Below, in pieces: positions 11,197 to 24,050 of a stretch of DNA of 64,000 nucleotides. Where the stretch lies: contig JAXLNO010002732.1 of NCBI GenBank assembly GCA_038087875.1, positions 62,001 through 126,000 on the forward strand. The letters run 5' to 3'. The notes under the pieces are model-generated. The model did not search any database. It was not told the origin of the DNA and saw only the letters and a list, made by a program, of their open reading frames with translations. The first letter of the stretch is position 1. Every line of letters starts with the position of its first letter. Source of the stretch: Malacoraja senta (taxonomy: Eukaryota). Position numbers and translations under genes: made by a program.

Positions 11197-12760
11197 TATA
11201 ACCATATAACCATATAACAATTACAGCACGGAAACACGCCATCTCGGCCCTTCTAGTCCGTGCCGAACACTTATTTTCCCCTAGTCCCATCTACCTGCAC
11301 TCAGACCATGACCCTCCATTCCTTTCCCATCCATATACCTATCCAATTTATTTTTAAGTGATAAAATCGAACCTGCCTCCACCACTTCCACTGGAAGCGC
11401 ATTCCGCACAACTACCACTCTCTGAGTAAAGGAGTTCCCCCTCATGTTACCCCTAATCTTCTGTTCCTTAATTCTCAAGTCATGTCCTCTTGTTTGAATC
11501 TTCCCTACTCTCAATGGGAAAAGCTTATCCACGTCAACTCTGTCTATCCCTCTCATCATTTAAAGACCTCTATCAAGTCCCCCTTAACGTTCTGCGTTCC
11601 AAAGAATAAAGACCTAACTTGTTCGACCTTTCTCTGTAACTTAGTTGTTGAAACTCAGGCAACATTCTAGTAAACCTCCTCTGTACTCCCTCTATTTTGT
11701 TGACATCCTCCCTATAATTAGCCGACCAAAATTGTACACCATACTCCAGAATTGGCCTCACCAATGCCTTGTACAATTTTAACATTACATTCCAGCTTCT
11801 ATACTCAATGCTCTGATTTATGAAGGCCAGCACACCAAAAGCTTTCTTTCCCACCCTATTTACATGAGATTCCACCTTCAGGGAACTATGCACAGTTATT
11901 CCTAGATCCCTCTGTTCAACTGCATTGCTCAATTTGCTACCATTTACCATGTACGTCCTATTTTGATTTGTCCTGCCAAGATGTAGCACCTCACACTCAT
12001 CTGCATTAAACTCCATCTGCTATCTTTCAGCCGACTCTTCCAAATGGCCTAAATATCTCTGTAGACTTTGAAAATCGACTTCATTATCCGCAACACCACC
12101 TATCTTAGTATCATCTGCATACTTACTAATCCAATTTACCACACCACCATCCAGATCATTAATGTACATGCCAAACAACAGTGGACCCAACACAGATCCC
12201 TGAGGCACCCCACTAGTCACCGGCCTCCAACCTGACAAACAGCCATCCACCATTACTCTCTGGCATCTCCCATTCAGCCACTGTTGAATCCATCTTGCTA
12301 CTCCACCATTAATACCCAACCATTGAACTTTCTTAACCAACCCTCCATGAGGAACCTTGTCAAAGGCCTTACTGAAGTCCATATAGACAACATCCACTGC
12401 TTTACCCTCATCAATTTCCCCAGTAACCTTTTCAAAAAATTCAAGATTAGTCAAACATGACCTTCCAGGCACAAATCCATGTTGACTGTTCCTAATCAGA
12501 TCCTGTTGTTCCAGATGCTTATATATATTATCTCTAAGTATCCTTTCCATTAATTTGCCCACCACTGACGTCAAACTAACAGGTCTATAATTGCTAGGTT
12601 TACTCTTAGAACCCTTTTAATACAATGGAACAACATGCGCAGTACGCCATCCTCCGGCACTATTCCCGTTTCTAATGGCATTTGAAATATTTCTGTCATA
12701 GCCCCTGCTATTTCTACACTAACTTCCATCAAGACTTATCCACTTTTATATATTTTTTAA
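11197..12760 (-). mobile_element. CR1 LINE (second subfamily), RT to 3' end, with an (ttatatgg)n tail
   Basis: ORFs 12020-12574 (QHGFVPGRSCLTN...DFSKAFDKV...[10 protein letters not shown]...YADDTK) and 11573-12016; tail tataaccatataaccatataacaattaca at 11197. Confidence 0.93.
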
Positions 12761-13874
12761 AGTGTCAGTACTTCCTCTTCTTTTAATCTCATAGTTTCCA
12801 TAGCTTTTCTACTTGTTTCCCTTACCTCACATAATTCAATATCCTTCTCCAGAGATGTTCTCCAGAGATGCTCCCTAACATTTGTCGTTTCAGGTCAGGA
12901 CCCTTCCGGTTTGAGTGGGCCAGTGGAGTAGAGAAGCCAAGGCATTTGTTGCACCAACAGTGGATATAAAAAGGTCCAGAGAGGGTAGAAGGGTGGGTAG
13001 GGGGAGAGGCGGGGGGGGGGGGATGTTGAAGACTGGAGACAGGATTGTCACTGGATGGATAGGATTCTCTCCCATAAAGAAAAGCTCAGAGGTGGCAGTG
13101 GAGCCCAACGTCCCTATGTTCCCAATGTAGGGAGTCCAGAACCAGGGGGTCACAGTTTAAGAATAAGACTCGCTGAGTCACTCCACCTTTTATCTTGGTC
13201 TATTAATGGATTCAAATCTACCTTAGATCTCCTTTTATCATCCTGCTTGGCACTCTCCACCAGCATTTTTGATACAGGTTCCTTTGTTTCTAAATACATA
13301 GAGTGAATTTTAAAGCTCTGATCTGTTCAATATCTCGCAAACTGTGAACCCACTTCAAGTTGATGGATGGAATGGAGCCCGTCCGTCTCTCATGGTTACG
13401 GATGCAGTTCATTGTGATGTCGCCGGCCAGGCACATTATGAGGTCACCTCTGATTATGATGGTTTACAAACTTGCGATCTTATGAATGGAAGGCCGGCCC
13501 AGAAGGGAATAAACCACTTCACCAAATGACCACAGGTCACAGTGGTTATAACCAACTGGACTCAAGTGTTAGATACAAGGAACTCAGTTCAATTGAGTTT
13601 ATTGTCACGTGTACAGAGAAATGCTTTTTGTCGCATGTTAAAAACAGTTAGCAGAAAGACATTGCATGACTACAATCGAGCCATTTGCAATGTATAGATA
13701 CATGGTAAAGGAATAACGTTTAGTGCAAGGTAAAGCCAGCAAGGATAGTCCGAGGGTCACCAATGAGGTAGATAGTAGTTCAGAACTGCTCTCTGGTTGT
13801 GGTAGGATGATTTAGTTGCCTGGTAACAGCTGGGAAGAAACTGTCCCTGAATCTGGAGGTGTGCGTTTTCACAC

Positions 13875-14410
13875 TCCTGTACCTTTCCTAATTTGCAGAA
13901 GGACATTCTTACTATTGAGGGAGTGCAGCGTAAGTTCACCAGGTCAATATCCAGGGTGGCGAGACTTACGTATGATGAAAGAATGGGTAGACTGGGCTTG
14001 AATTCGCTGGAAATGAGAAGGATGAGAGGGTATCTTATGAAAACATATAACATTCTTAAAGGAGTTAAGGCTAGATGCAGGAACAATGTTCCCGATGTTC
14101 GGGGAGTCCAGAACCAGGGGTCACAGTTTAAGAATAACGGGTTAGGCCATTTAGGACTCAGAAGAGGGAAAACATTTTCACGCAGAAAATCTGTAGAATT
14201 CTCTGCCACAGAAGGCAGTGGAGGTCAATTCACTGGATGTTTTCAAGTGAGTGTTGGATGTGGCTCTTTGGGCTAAGAGAATCAAGGGATATGGGGAGAT
14301 AGCAGGAATGGGGTATTGATTTTGGATGATCAGCCAAAATCATATTGTAAGGCGGTGCTGGCTCGAAGGGCCGAATGGCCTACTCCTGCACCTATTTTCT
14401 ATGTTTCTAC
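13875..14410 (+). mobile_element. Degenerate CR1 3' fragment
   Basis: ORF 13893-14276 (DILTIEGVQRKFTR...RMRGYLMKTYNILKG) followed by the CR1 3' UTR. Confidence 0.8.
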
Positions 14411-14556
14411 GTCATGGTGAGTCCAGCACTCGTTGACGTCTGGTCCTGAAGACGGGTCCTGAACCAAAACGTCACCCACTCATGTTCTCCAGAGATGCTG
14501 CTCAACCCGCTGAGTTACTCCAGCACAAACAATATTAAATCTCAAGTGTTTTCATT

Positions 14557-14826
14557 TCGAGATACAGTGTGGCAACGGGCCCTTTGGCCCACCGAGTCCA
14601 CGCCGACCAGTATTCACCTCTACACCCTCACTATCCTACACACTGGGGACTTTTTACCAAAGCCAATTAACCTACAAACCTGCACGTCTTTGGAGTGTGG
14701 GAGGAAACCGGAGCATCCGTAGAAAACCCACGCTGGTCACGAGGGGAACATACAAACTCTGTACAGACAGCACCTGGGTCTCCGGCGCAGTGAGGCAGCA
14801 ACTCTACCGCTGAGCCACACTGCCAT
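14557..14826 (-). mobile_element. HE1/V-SINE-type SINE
   Basis: V-core and tRNA-like head on the minus strand. Confidence 0.75.
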
Positions 14827-15242
14827 GTTGGGGAAAAATACTTTAAAAACAGCAGAATATTTTTGCCATTTGCCAAATGAGAGTTGTCTATAGTCAAAGA
14901 GTGTGTAGTTTGTTCCTGGCACGAAAATACTTCTGCTTTATCAGTTTCACGCTTAACTCTATAAACCTAAAGACTCCATTGTTGGAATGCAATTCAATAT
15001 TTGACAAATCTGAACACCTTAACAGACAGATATAAAGCACACAGAGGGATTACTGGCGTACATTTTCCCTTTGTAGTCCCTGTGGCAGAGGGTTTTTCTG
15101 ATGCTCTAAGCCATGCCAATCCAGATATGATTGAATGACGGAGAGGACTTGATGTACCAAATGGAGAAGGAACATCTCATTGGGTTTTAAAGTTTGCAGA
15201 GGGCTGACATACAACTTCCTTAGCATCAAGTGAATTGATCAA

Positions 15243-15530
15243 CATGGTGGCGCAGCGATAGACTAAGAGTTGCTGCCTCACAGTGCCAGAGACCCGGGTT
15301 CGATCCTGTCTACGTGTGCGTGTAGTTTGTACGTTCTCCCTGTGACCCACGTGGGATTCCTTCCGGTGCTCTGGTTTCCTCCCACATTCTAGAGATGTGC
15401 CAGTGTGTAGGTTAATTGACGTCTGTAAATTGCCCCTAGTGTGAAGGATATAGGACTAGTGTACAGGTGATCGTTGGTTCGCGTGGGCTCGGTGGGCGGA
15501 AGGGCCTGTTTTCATGCCATCTCTCTAAAA
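15243..15530 (+). mobile_element. HE1/V-SINE-type SINE
   Basis: catggtggcgcagcgatag...cccgggttcgatcctg...gtttgtacgttctccctgtgacc...gtaggttaattg. Confidence 0.85.
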
Positions 15531-15821
15531 CAAACAATTGCCGTTACTTCGTTGGTCTCAGTTTAACATTGCTTGTGAAAGTCAGCAAAGTACAAGATTC
15601 TTTCTATAGCCCGCAGACCAGTGAGCCCATGTGTTCATATCTTTAACCAGACAGTCAGAACTTTTTTAGTTTAGTTTAGAAATACAGCACAGAATCAGGC
15701 CCTTCAGCCCACCGCGTCCACGTCAACCAGCGATACCCGTGCATTAAACTACCCCACGCACACTAGGGACAATTTACATTTATACCAAATTAACCTACTC
15801 TCTAGACTGACATCTTCAACC

Positions 15822-17475
15822 TGTCACATGCCCAAGCAGTTGGCCCCACGTGCCTTAAAACCACCTCCCTCGTGCCGGTGCCAAAACACTCCACTGCGGC
15901 GAGCCTCAACGACTTCTGCCCAGATGCACTTACTCCCATCATCACTAAGTGCTTCGAGAGGCTGGTCCAGGCACACCTCAAAGGCTGCCTACCTCCCACA
16001 CTGGATCCCTATCAGTTCGCCTACCGCAAGAACAGGAGTACGGAGGATGCCATCTCAACGGCACTTCACTCCGCCCTCTCCCACCTCGACAACAGAGACA
16101 CCTATGTGAGAATGCTGTTCATCTCAGCATTTAACATCATTATCCCCTCAAAACTGATGACCAAACTCAGCGACCTGGGCATCGACCCCTCTCTCTGCAA
16201 CTGGATACTGGACTTTCTAACCAACAGACCGCAGTCTGTTAGGTCAGACAACCACACCTCTTCAACCCTCACCCTGAACACCGGCGTTCCACAGGGCTGT
16301 GTGCTGAGCCCCCTCCTCTACTATTGTATTGTATATCTTTATTGTCATTTCCTGAGTATTCGCATACCCAGAGGAAACAAAAAAATGTTCCTCAACCAGT
16401 GTCCATTTCAGTGTGCAGTGAAAAATAAATAGAAGTAAAAATACATATATCATGAACAAATTAACACTCTACTCTACTAAACATCAACAGGCGTTCCGAT
16501 CGGCAGCGGCACGACAGTGGCTCTGCTGCAGTGTGTCCAGGTTCGTGGTTGGTGCACGATACTTTGGCAGGGGGCAAAGTCCGTTTATCAGTCTTATAAC
16601 CTGCAGGAAGAAGCTGAGGAGCATCCTGCTGGTTTTGCACCTAATGCTCTGGTACCTCTTCCCAGATGGCAGGATGGAGAATATGTGATGGGATGGGTGG
16701 TAGGGGTCTTTGATGATGGAGATGGCTCTGCTGATACATCTCTTCCTGTATATGTCCAGCAGGAAAGGGAGTGGAGCACCAATAATCCTGCTGGCGGTCT
16801 TCACAATCCTGTCTAGTTGGTGCCGTTCGTACGCCTTGCAGCTCCCGAACCAGGAAGTGATGCCGGAGGTTAATGTGCTCTCGATTGTCCTCCTATAAAA
16901 AGTTCGTAGGTGTGTAGTGGGGAGACCTGCTTTACGTAGTCTTCGGAGAGGGTGTAGTCGCTGCTGGGCTCTCTTGACCAGTGCTGTGGTGTTGGTCGTG
17001 GACGTCAGGTCATCTGACAGGTGGAGTCCTAGAAACTTCAAGCTGTTGACCCTTTCCACATCAGCTCCATCGATGTGCAGAGGTGTATGGTGTTGTTTTC
17101 CCGCCCTCCTGAAGTCAACCACCATCTCCTTAGTTTTTCCCACGTTGAGAATGAGGTTGTGGGATTTGCACCATCCTACTCCCTCTTCACTTACGACTGC
17201 ACACCTGTACATGGTACTAACACCATCATCAAGTATGCAGATGATACAACAGTGATTGCCTCATCAGCAACAACGATGAGTCGGCCTATAGGGAGGAGGT
17301 CCAGCTCCTAGCAGCATGGTGCGCTGACAACAACCTGGCCTGTAACTATAAGAAGACCAAGGAGCTCATTGTGGACTACAGAAGGTCTAGGGGCGGCACG
17401 CACACCCCCATCCACATTAACGGGACGGAGGTGGAACGTGTTTCCAGCTTCAGGTTTCTGGGGGTCAACATCTCT
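15822..17475 (+). mobile_element. Rex1/Babar LINE RT fragment interrupted by an antisense Rex copy
   Basis: ORF 15872 ([20 protein letters not shown]...[18 protein letters not shown]...[13 protein letters not shown]) resumes after 17175 as SLFTYDC...KYADDTTV...DNNLA. Confidence 0.8.
16323..17175 (-). mobile_element. Rex1/Babar LINE 3' fragment (nested insertion)
   Basis: ORF 16484-17212 (WCKSHNLILNVGKTKEMVVDFRR...KFLGLHLS...AQQRLHPLRRL); tail acaataaagatatacaatacaata; ctact repeated at 16318-16322 and 17176-17180. Confidence 0.85.
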
Positions 17476-18119
17476 GTTGTTCCATTATTCTATGTTCACT
17501 CTTCTGGGTGAGATGCTAACTGCATTTCGCTGTGTCTGTACTCTACACTGCACAATGACAATAAAGATTGATTCTGAATCTGAAACCTACATGTCTTTGG
17601 ATTGTGGGAGAAAACTGAAGATCTCGGAAAAAAAACCCACGCAGGTCAAGGGGAAAATGTACAAATCTGTACTGACAGCACCCGTAGTCAGGATCGAACC
17701 CGGGTCTCTGGCACTGCAAGCAGTGTAAGCAAAGAACTCTACCGCTGCGCCACCGTGCCCGCCCCTTTTCTCCAGGACAGAGATGGAATACTAGAGGGCA
17801 TAGCTTTAACGAGAGTGGGGCAAAGTTTAAAGATGTGTGGAGCAAGTTATAAGAGGTTAGAGTGCATCTTGAGTGTGTTGCCAGGGGTGGTGGAGGCAGA
17901 TACAACAGTGGCATTTAACAGGTTTTTGGATAGGCAGGGAATGGAGGGATAATGATAATGTGCAGACAGATAAGAGTTGGCAGTGGTGTCACGTTTAGCA
18001 CAGGCATTGTAGGCCGAAGGGGCGGTTCCTGTGTTGTACTGTTCTATGTTTTGAACCTCAGGTTATCAATCTTTATGTTTGGTGGGGAAGGGAATGAGAT
18101 GAGTTAAGACAAGCTGATT

Positions 18120-18414
18120 TAAACTTTAGCGATATAGAGTGGAAACTGGCCTTTCGGCCCACCAAGACCACCCCGACCAGCGATCACCCCGTACGCTAGC
18201 ACTACCCTACGCACTAGGGACAATTTACAAATTTTCCAAAGCCAATTAACCTTGAAAACCTGCAGGTCTGTGGCGTGTGGGAGGAAACCGGAGCACCCGG
18301 AGAAAACCCACGCTGTCACAGGAAGAAAGTACAGGCAGCATCCCCGGTCAGGATTGACCCCGGGTCTCTGGCGCTGTAAGGCAGCAACTCCATCGCTGCG
18401 CCACCGTGCCGCCC
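18120..18414 (-). mobile_element. HE1/V-SINE-type SINE
   Basis: Full head and V-core on the minus strand. Confidence 0.8.
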
Positions 18415-18539
18415 AAATAGTTGCACATCAGATTAGACAAGTTAGGAAGAAGAACGTGTCCAACATTGTAGATTCAATTGCGGAGTTCAATTACTTCAGG
18501 CATATATAAATGCTAGGCGCCGCTGTTATAACCATATAA

Positions 18540-19320
18540 CCATATAACAATTACAACAATTTTGGCTGTTGAGTAGAGCAACTACTCGTGAATAAAAAAC
18601 TGCTGTGACAGTCCGGAGTCGCCTTCCAGAGGGTAGTGATTTAAATAGTTTGTGGCCAGGGTGAGAGGGGTCAGAGATGATCTTACCCACTCGCTTCCTG
18701 GCCCTTGCAGTGTACAGTTCATCAATGGAGGGAAGGTTGCAGCCAATAACCTTCTCTGCTGATTGGACGATTCGCTGCAGCCTCCAGGTGTCGTGCTTGG
18801 TGACTGAGCCAAACCAGACCATGATGGGGATGGTGAGAACAGACTCTACGATGGTCGTGTAGAATTGGACCATCATTGCCTGTGGCAGATTGTGTTTCCT
18901 CAGCTGCCGCAGGAAGTACATCATCTGTTGTGCCTGTTTGACTGTGGAGTCCATGGTAGCCCCCCACTTATGGTCCTTGGAGATGATGGTTCCCAGGAAC
19001 TTAAAAGATTCCACAGATGTGACTGTGGTGTTGTTGATGGTGAGTGGGGTGAGGGGAGGGGGAGCTCTCCTAAAGTCTACAATCAATTCCACTGTCTTAA
19101 GAGAATTGAGCTCCAGGTTGTTGCTACGGCACCAGGACGCCAGCTGTGACACTTGATGTCTGTAGGCCGATTCCTCCCCATCCTGGATCAGTCCAATCAG
19201 GGTTGTGTTGTCCGCAAACTTGAGAAGCTTGACTGACAGAGGTGAAGTCGTTGGTGTAGAGAGCGTAGAGGAGAGGAGAAAGTACGCAGCCTTGCGGTGC
19301 TCCTATGCTGAGTGTTTACG
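18540..19320 (-). mobile_element. Rex1/Babar LINE 3' fragment
   Basis: ORF 18526-19152 (WCRSNNLELNSLKTVELIVDFRR...KFLGTIIS...LRQLRKHNL); KFADNTTLIG upstream. Confidence 0.88.
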
Positions 19321-19468
19321 GGTCCCAGATGTACTTTCCCAGCCAAAGTAAGTCAAATGGGCACTGGTGGGTGAAGAGTTGTAAACTAAGACCCTTGGAC
19401 AGGTGAGTGGACAAGACAGGTTTAGAGGGGACAATGGACACAAGTGTGTGGGCCTTTGGTACCTTCTC

Positions 19469-19716
19469 AAGATGGCGTCTTGAACGGCGGGACCTTAACA
19501 AGATGGCCGCCGGCATCCGACCAATCATCGGCGCCGACCTCACATGCCCTCACCAGGATGGCCGCCATCAACCCCTCACAAAGATGGCCGCCGGCATCCG
19601 ACCAATCAGCGGTGGCGATCTCACCTGCCCTCACCAAGATGGCCACCGACATCCGACCAATCAGTGGTGCCGACCTCACCACGATGGCCGCCATCAACCC
19701 CTCATAAAGATGGCCG
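19469..19716 (+). repeat. Composite GC-rich tandem repeat carrying YY1-like and CCAAT motifs
   Basis: Seven GATGGC motifs (five as AAGATGGC) and three ccgaccaatca blocks in 55-81 bp imperfect units. Confidence 0.8.
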
Positions 19717-19793
19717 ATGGAACTCTCTGCCACAGAAGGGATCAGGGGGTACGGAGAGAAGGCAGGTACAGGATACTGAGTTGGATGATCAGC

Positions 19794-20321
19794 TGTGAGA
19801 AAGGGGTTAATAGGTATAAGTTGATTTAGACAAGAACCCTTTGTATAGTAGGGAGGATAGGGGGAGTGAAGGACGAGTACAGATGGTGACTTTTTCAAGG
19901 ATGAGAACAGAGAAGATAGCAACAGCCCAGCCAAGAACAGGGGTAAGGGTCAGGAGAAACACTCTGTGCGCATGGGCAATGAACTTACATGAATATGTAC
20001 ACACACCCACTATGACAAGATGTCTCATTTAAATGCACATGCGATGCATGATATGGGAGGTGTCTTTGACGTCGGGTGGACGTTCCAGGACGTTCTCGTG
20101 GGAATGTGGGCTTTATGTTATGATTGGAAGAAGCACAATGGGGAGGGATGAGGGTGTGACAATGATACCCATGAAATGTATAAAGATAGAAGTCATCCCG
20201 ATCCTCGGTGTGCCTCTAGGGGACATCAGAGGAGAGGCACCTATTCTGCAGAATATGATTTGAATAAAAAGCTTCTTTGCCGACTTTGTCTCTAAAAGCG
20301 TTTGTGATTTTGAATCTCACA
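19794..20321 (+). mobile_element. 5' LTR (528 bp)
   Basis: TG...CA termini with a 7-bp inverted repeat; TATAAA at 20179-20184; AATAAA at 20263-20268. Confidence 0.95.
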
Positions 20322-20326
20322 ATTTT

Positions 20327-20345
20327 TGGGGGCTCGTCTCGGGAC
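20327..20345 (+). promoter_or_regulatory. Primer-binding site, tRNA-Pro
   Basis: tgggggctcgtctcgggac vs the canonical PBS-Pro TGGGGGCTCGTCCGGGAT (1-nt insertion), 5 nt after the LTR. Confidence 0.85.
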
Positions 20346-21379
20346 CCCCACTCCGGCTGGCTGACGACGGTATACAGAAGAAGGGACGGTGCACCCCGTT
20401 GATTTTAACGGTCCCAGACCCCTAGATTGCCGTCAGCGGTTTGGGCGAGTGGTATCCCTGAACAGAGACTCAGCAAAGAAGTGGGAGTAGTTGGAAATCC
20501 GATCGGGAGGAAGATCGGGGGAAATTTGCGAAGGAGCCAAATCGAGTGATTCTTGTGTACAGGACCCGGGTAAGAAAACTGACTATTAAGTACTACTCGG
20601 GCGATTGGGATAAGACCTTGTGGATACCGCCCTGAAGAATTCAGGGGTCTGTACGGGCAAGGCAGGAAAATGGCGGGAAAATAGATCGGGGGGGAAATTC
20701 CGATCGGGAAGATGGGCCATGAGAACGGAAAGCCCACCAGGGAGGGGAAGGGCGGTAAGCCCGACCCCAGCATTCTGCCTGATAGTCCGTTGGGGCGAAT
20801 GCTGAGCCTCTGGGGGCAGGGAAATACCCAGGGAATTGGAGGACAAAAATGATTGAGCCTCTGGGGGCAGAGAAATACCCAGGGAATTGGAGAAGACAAA
20901 AATGATTTGATTCTGTTATTTTGAGTTTTAATACATGTAAAAGATGTTGCATTTATTTGAAGTAAGAATGGAACGAATGTGATTTGTGTGTAAAAACCGG
21001 TTTGGAATGAAAGAGGAAGTTTATATATGTGATAATTATTTTGTTTATTGTATTTGTAGACCACATTGTAAGAGTAAGTAAGTACGTTTTATTAAAATCA
21101 AAAATGTTCACTGTAGGTAGGTGTATGTTCCTTTAAATAAATCAGGTCATGGTGAAAGGCGCCGAACAGCTGTAAGATAACGATTAATGTTTGTATCCTC
21201 GTAAGAAGGGGAAGTTGTGAAACCAGCTTTTGGTTTTTCTGATGTTCTTTTAGATTTCTAGTCAGTAAAGATAATTTGGAAAATTGTTACTAGTGCTAGG
21301 AATTGGACATTTAAAATAGTGGTGAATATGGATTGAAATAATTGGAAATAAGTTAATTGGTAAACATTCAAGTTTAGAA

Positions 21380-22800
21380 AGAAAGGAGAGAGAGGCAGTT
21401 AGAAGATAACAGAAGTAGAAAAACGACAGGCGTGAAAGTAATAAAGCAGGAGGAGTCAGTGGAAGATTTTTGCAAGGAGGCTAGAATATTTGAGAAGCAA
21501 GAAATTGAGTTTAGAATTAGAAAGAAGGCATACCAGAAAGGATTAAAGTTGGAAGCATTGGGATAAAGTGATGAGACTGTTTTAAAGAGAAAAGAGAAGG
21601 ACAGACACGGATTATCCCTTGGGGCACCCATAAACTGAAAGGGCTAAAAAATACCTCACCCTATATCCCTGATGGGGGAGGAAATGGATTAGGGCTTTGG
21701 AGGAGGAGAACATGGGACGATTATTGATCATGGAAGATTTGAAGGCACTGTTGGTAAAAGTGATAGGAACCACTAAAGTGACAGAACTACTGAAGATGGA
21801 TGGTATAAACTGATGCGAACAATGTAACAAGCAATGGCATACTGTTTGACACAGTCAGGCAGAGGGTATGGCAGACCCTCAGACAATGTTACCCACTTAA
21901 GAGGAACCCCAAGGAACAAGGGGAGATACAGAAGGAAAGGCAAATAGCCTATCTGGAAAACCAGCTGAAAAGGTGGAGAGTTGATTGATGAACATTATAT
22001 TATGAACTACTGTGGTGGATGTCATTCTTCTTAAAGTCAAGCAGATTCAGCGAACAGTTGGTCTCTGCGGTCGAGAAATATCGCAAAGATAGGAAAAAGA
22101 TTTGCAAACCAGCAGGAGGAGGTGTTGTCAATAAACAATGGACCTAAGTGAGTCCTATGACGGAACCAAGCAGGGCCAGAGAATTACATGCCAATAATGA
22201 ATGTCTTTGGGGTACGTTTCCTCAAAAAGTCCTATCAGGAGTGAAATTAATCTGGATATAAGCCCTAACAGGACTGGGGACCCCAAGAGAGAAAGGGATT
22301 TAAAGGAGGATTTGTTGGTATTGTTCCATAAGTAACAAGCGATGTAAGAGAGAGAGAGAGATTTTAAAAAAATACTTCAGAATGTAGGACAGAGTATGAT
22401 AACCTCGGGAAAAGGCAGGATATAGTTCAGACTAGATTAGGTATAAGCCCTGTAGTGTCGTTTATGATGAATAAGGTAATTAAGAGGTTTGGTAGACGTA
22501 CAGAAATCAGCTTTGACAACGGATTGTTTTCATTTAGGGAGTAGCTAAGTTGGCGATAGAGACCCTTAGAGTAAAATACACATTTGGGTATGTAACACCT
22601 GCAGTCACAGGCATGGTGGAAAGAATAAATGGAACATTGAAGGTTAATATAAATAAGATTTGTTTAATTACAAAGTTGAATGGGATCGATGCCCTGCCAT
22701 TGGCACTGAAGAGATGTTGCATGCAAACTAACCGAGCAGGTGGCACAATGGAGAGGTCCCTACAAGAGACCGAGTTTGGAACAGTTAAAGATAGAATTTA
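21380..22800 (+). pseudogene. Heavily decayed gag and integrase remnants of ERV-A
   Basis: PDGGGKWIRALEE...EDLKALLVKVIG-like gag stretch near 21660-21770 (frameshifted); integrase-like TGMVERINGTLKVNINKICLITKLNGIDALPLAL at 22600-22720. Confidence 0.6.
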
Positions 22801-23094
22801 AAAAGTATATGAAACAGTTAATTATGATATACAAGTCTATTTATGAACAGGAAAAGTAAAAGCTGTTGGAGGTGGACCAGGAGGAAGGACCCTTTAAACC
22901 TGAAGACAAGGTGTATGTATGAGTTTTCTAAACTACCGACCGATGTTCAGGTAGAAGGTTGATATACCTGGTACCATTTCAATAATACCTGAGGGCTGTC
23001 CCGCAGGTACGAATAGATAATAGCCCTGAGGTAAGTGAACAGGAGGACAAGAGATGTGCGAAAAGAGTAGAGTTTGAACAAGAACGTTGTTTGA

Positions 23095-24050
23095 CATCAG
23101 TGGTGGGCAAAATAATGGAAAGCATACTTAAGACAATATAAGAATTTGGATAAATAGGGTAGGATTAGGAAGAATTAGCATGGATTTGTGATTGTGATGT
23201 TTGACTAATCTTGAATTTTTTGAAAAGGTTATTAGGGAAATTGATGAGGGTAAAGTGATGGATGTTGTCTAGATGAACTTCAGTAAGGCCTTTGACAAGG
23301 TTCAATAAGGAAATAAGGTTGGTTAAGAAGGGTTAGTAAGGAATAGGAAGATGGATTAAAAAGTGGCTGTATGGGAGATGTCAGAGAGCAATGGTGGATG
23401 GATGTTTGTCAGGTTGGAGGTCAGTGACTAGAGGGGTACCTCGGGGATGTGTGTTGGGTCCACTGTTGTTTGTCATGTGAATCAATAATCTGGATGCTGG
23501 TGTGGTAAAATAGATTAATAAGTATGTAGATGATACTAAGATAGGTGGTGTTGTGAATAATGAAGTAGATTTTAAAAAGTGTACAGAGAGATTTAGGTCA
23601 TTTGGAAGAATGGGTTGAAACATGACAGATGGGTTTAATGTTGATAAGTGTGAGGTGATACATCTTGGCAGGACAAATCAAAATTGAATGTACATGGTAA
23701 ATGATTGTGAATTGAGGAATGAAGTTGAATAGAGGGATCTAGGAATAACTGTGCATGGTTCCCTGAAGGTGGAATTTCATGAAGATAGGATGGTAAAGAA
23801 AGATTTTGGTGTGTTGGCCTTTATAAATCAGAGCATTGTGTATAGAAGTTGGGTTGTAATGTTAAATTGTACAAGGTATTGGTGAGGTCAATTGTGGAGT
23901 ATGGTGTATAATTTTGGTAGGCATAATTATAGGAAGGATGTCAACAAAATAGAGAGAGTACAGAGGAGATCAATTAGAATGTTGACTGGGTTTCAGCAAC
24001 TAAGACACAGAGAAAGGTTGAACAAGTTAGGTCTTTATTATTTAGGAACG
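23095..24050 (+). mobile_element. CR1 RT/ORF2 fragment embedded in ERV-A
   Basis: Colinear with the reverse complement of about 11600-12575 (gacatcagtggtgggcaaa...cttcagtaaggcctttgacaagg...ttgggtccactgttg...gatgatactaagataggtgg...aaggttgaacaagttaggtcttta); all frames broken. Confidence 0.9.

Noticed and set aside
13170-13570. Unique island with a kinase-like minus-strand phrase (HCDLWSFGEVVYSLLG) and a GSFVSKYIE* phrase vaguely like an alpha1 start
   Set aside because: Stops follow immediately, no other kinase or class I motifs are present, and no consistent exon can be built.
15243-15310. tRNA genes at SINE heads
   Set aside because: The A/B-box-like sequence runs directly into the V-SINE core; these are tRNA-derived SINEs, not tRNAs.
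19807-20263. Short ORFs repeated at 19841/25432, 20033/25636/49537 and 49867/52397
   Set aside because: They recur only because they lie within LTR copies; no coding signature.
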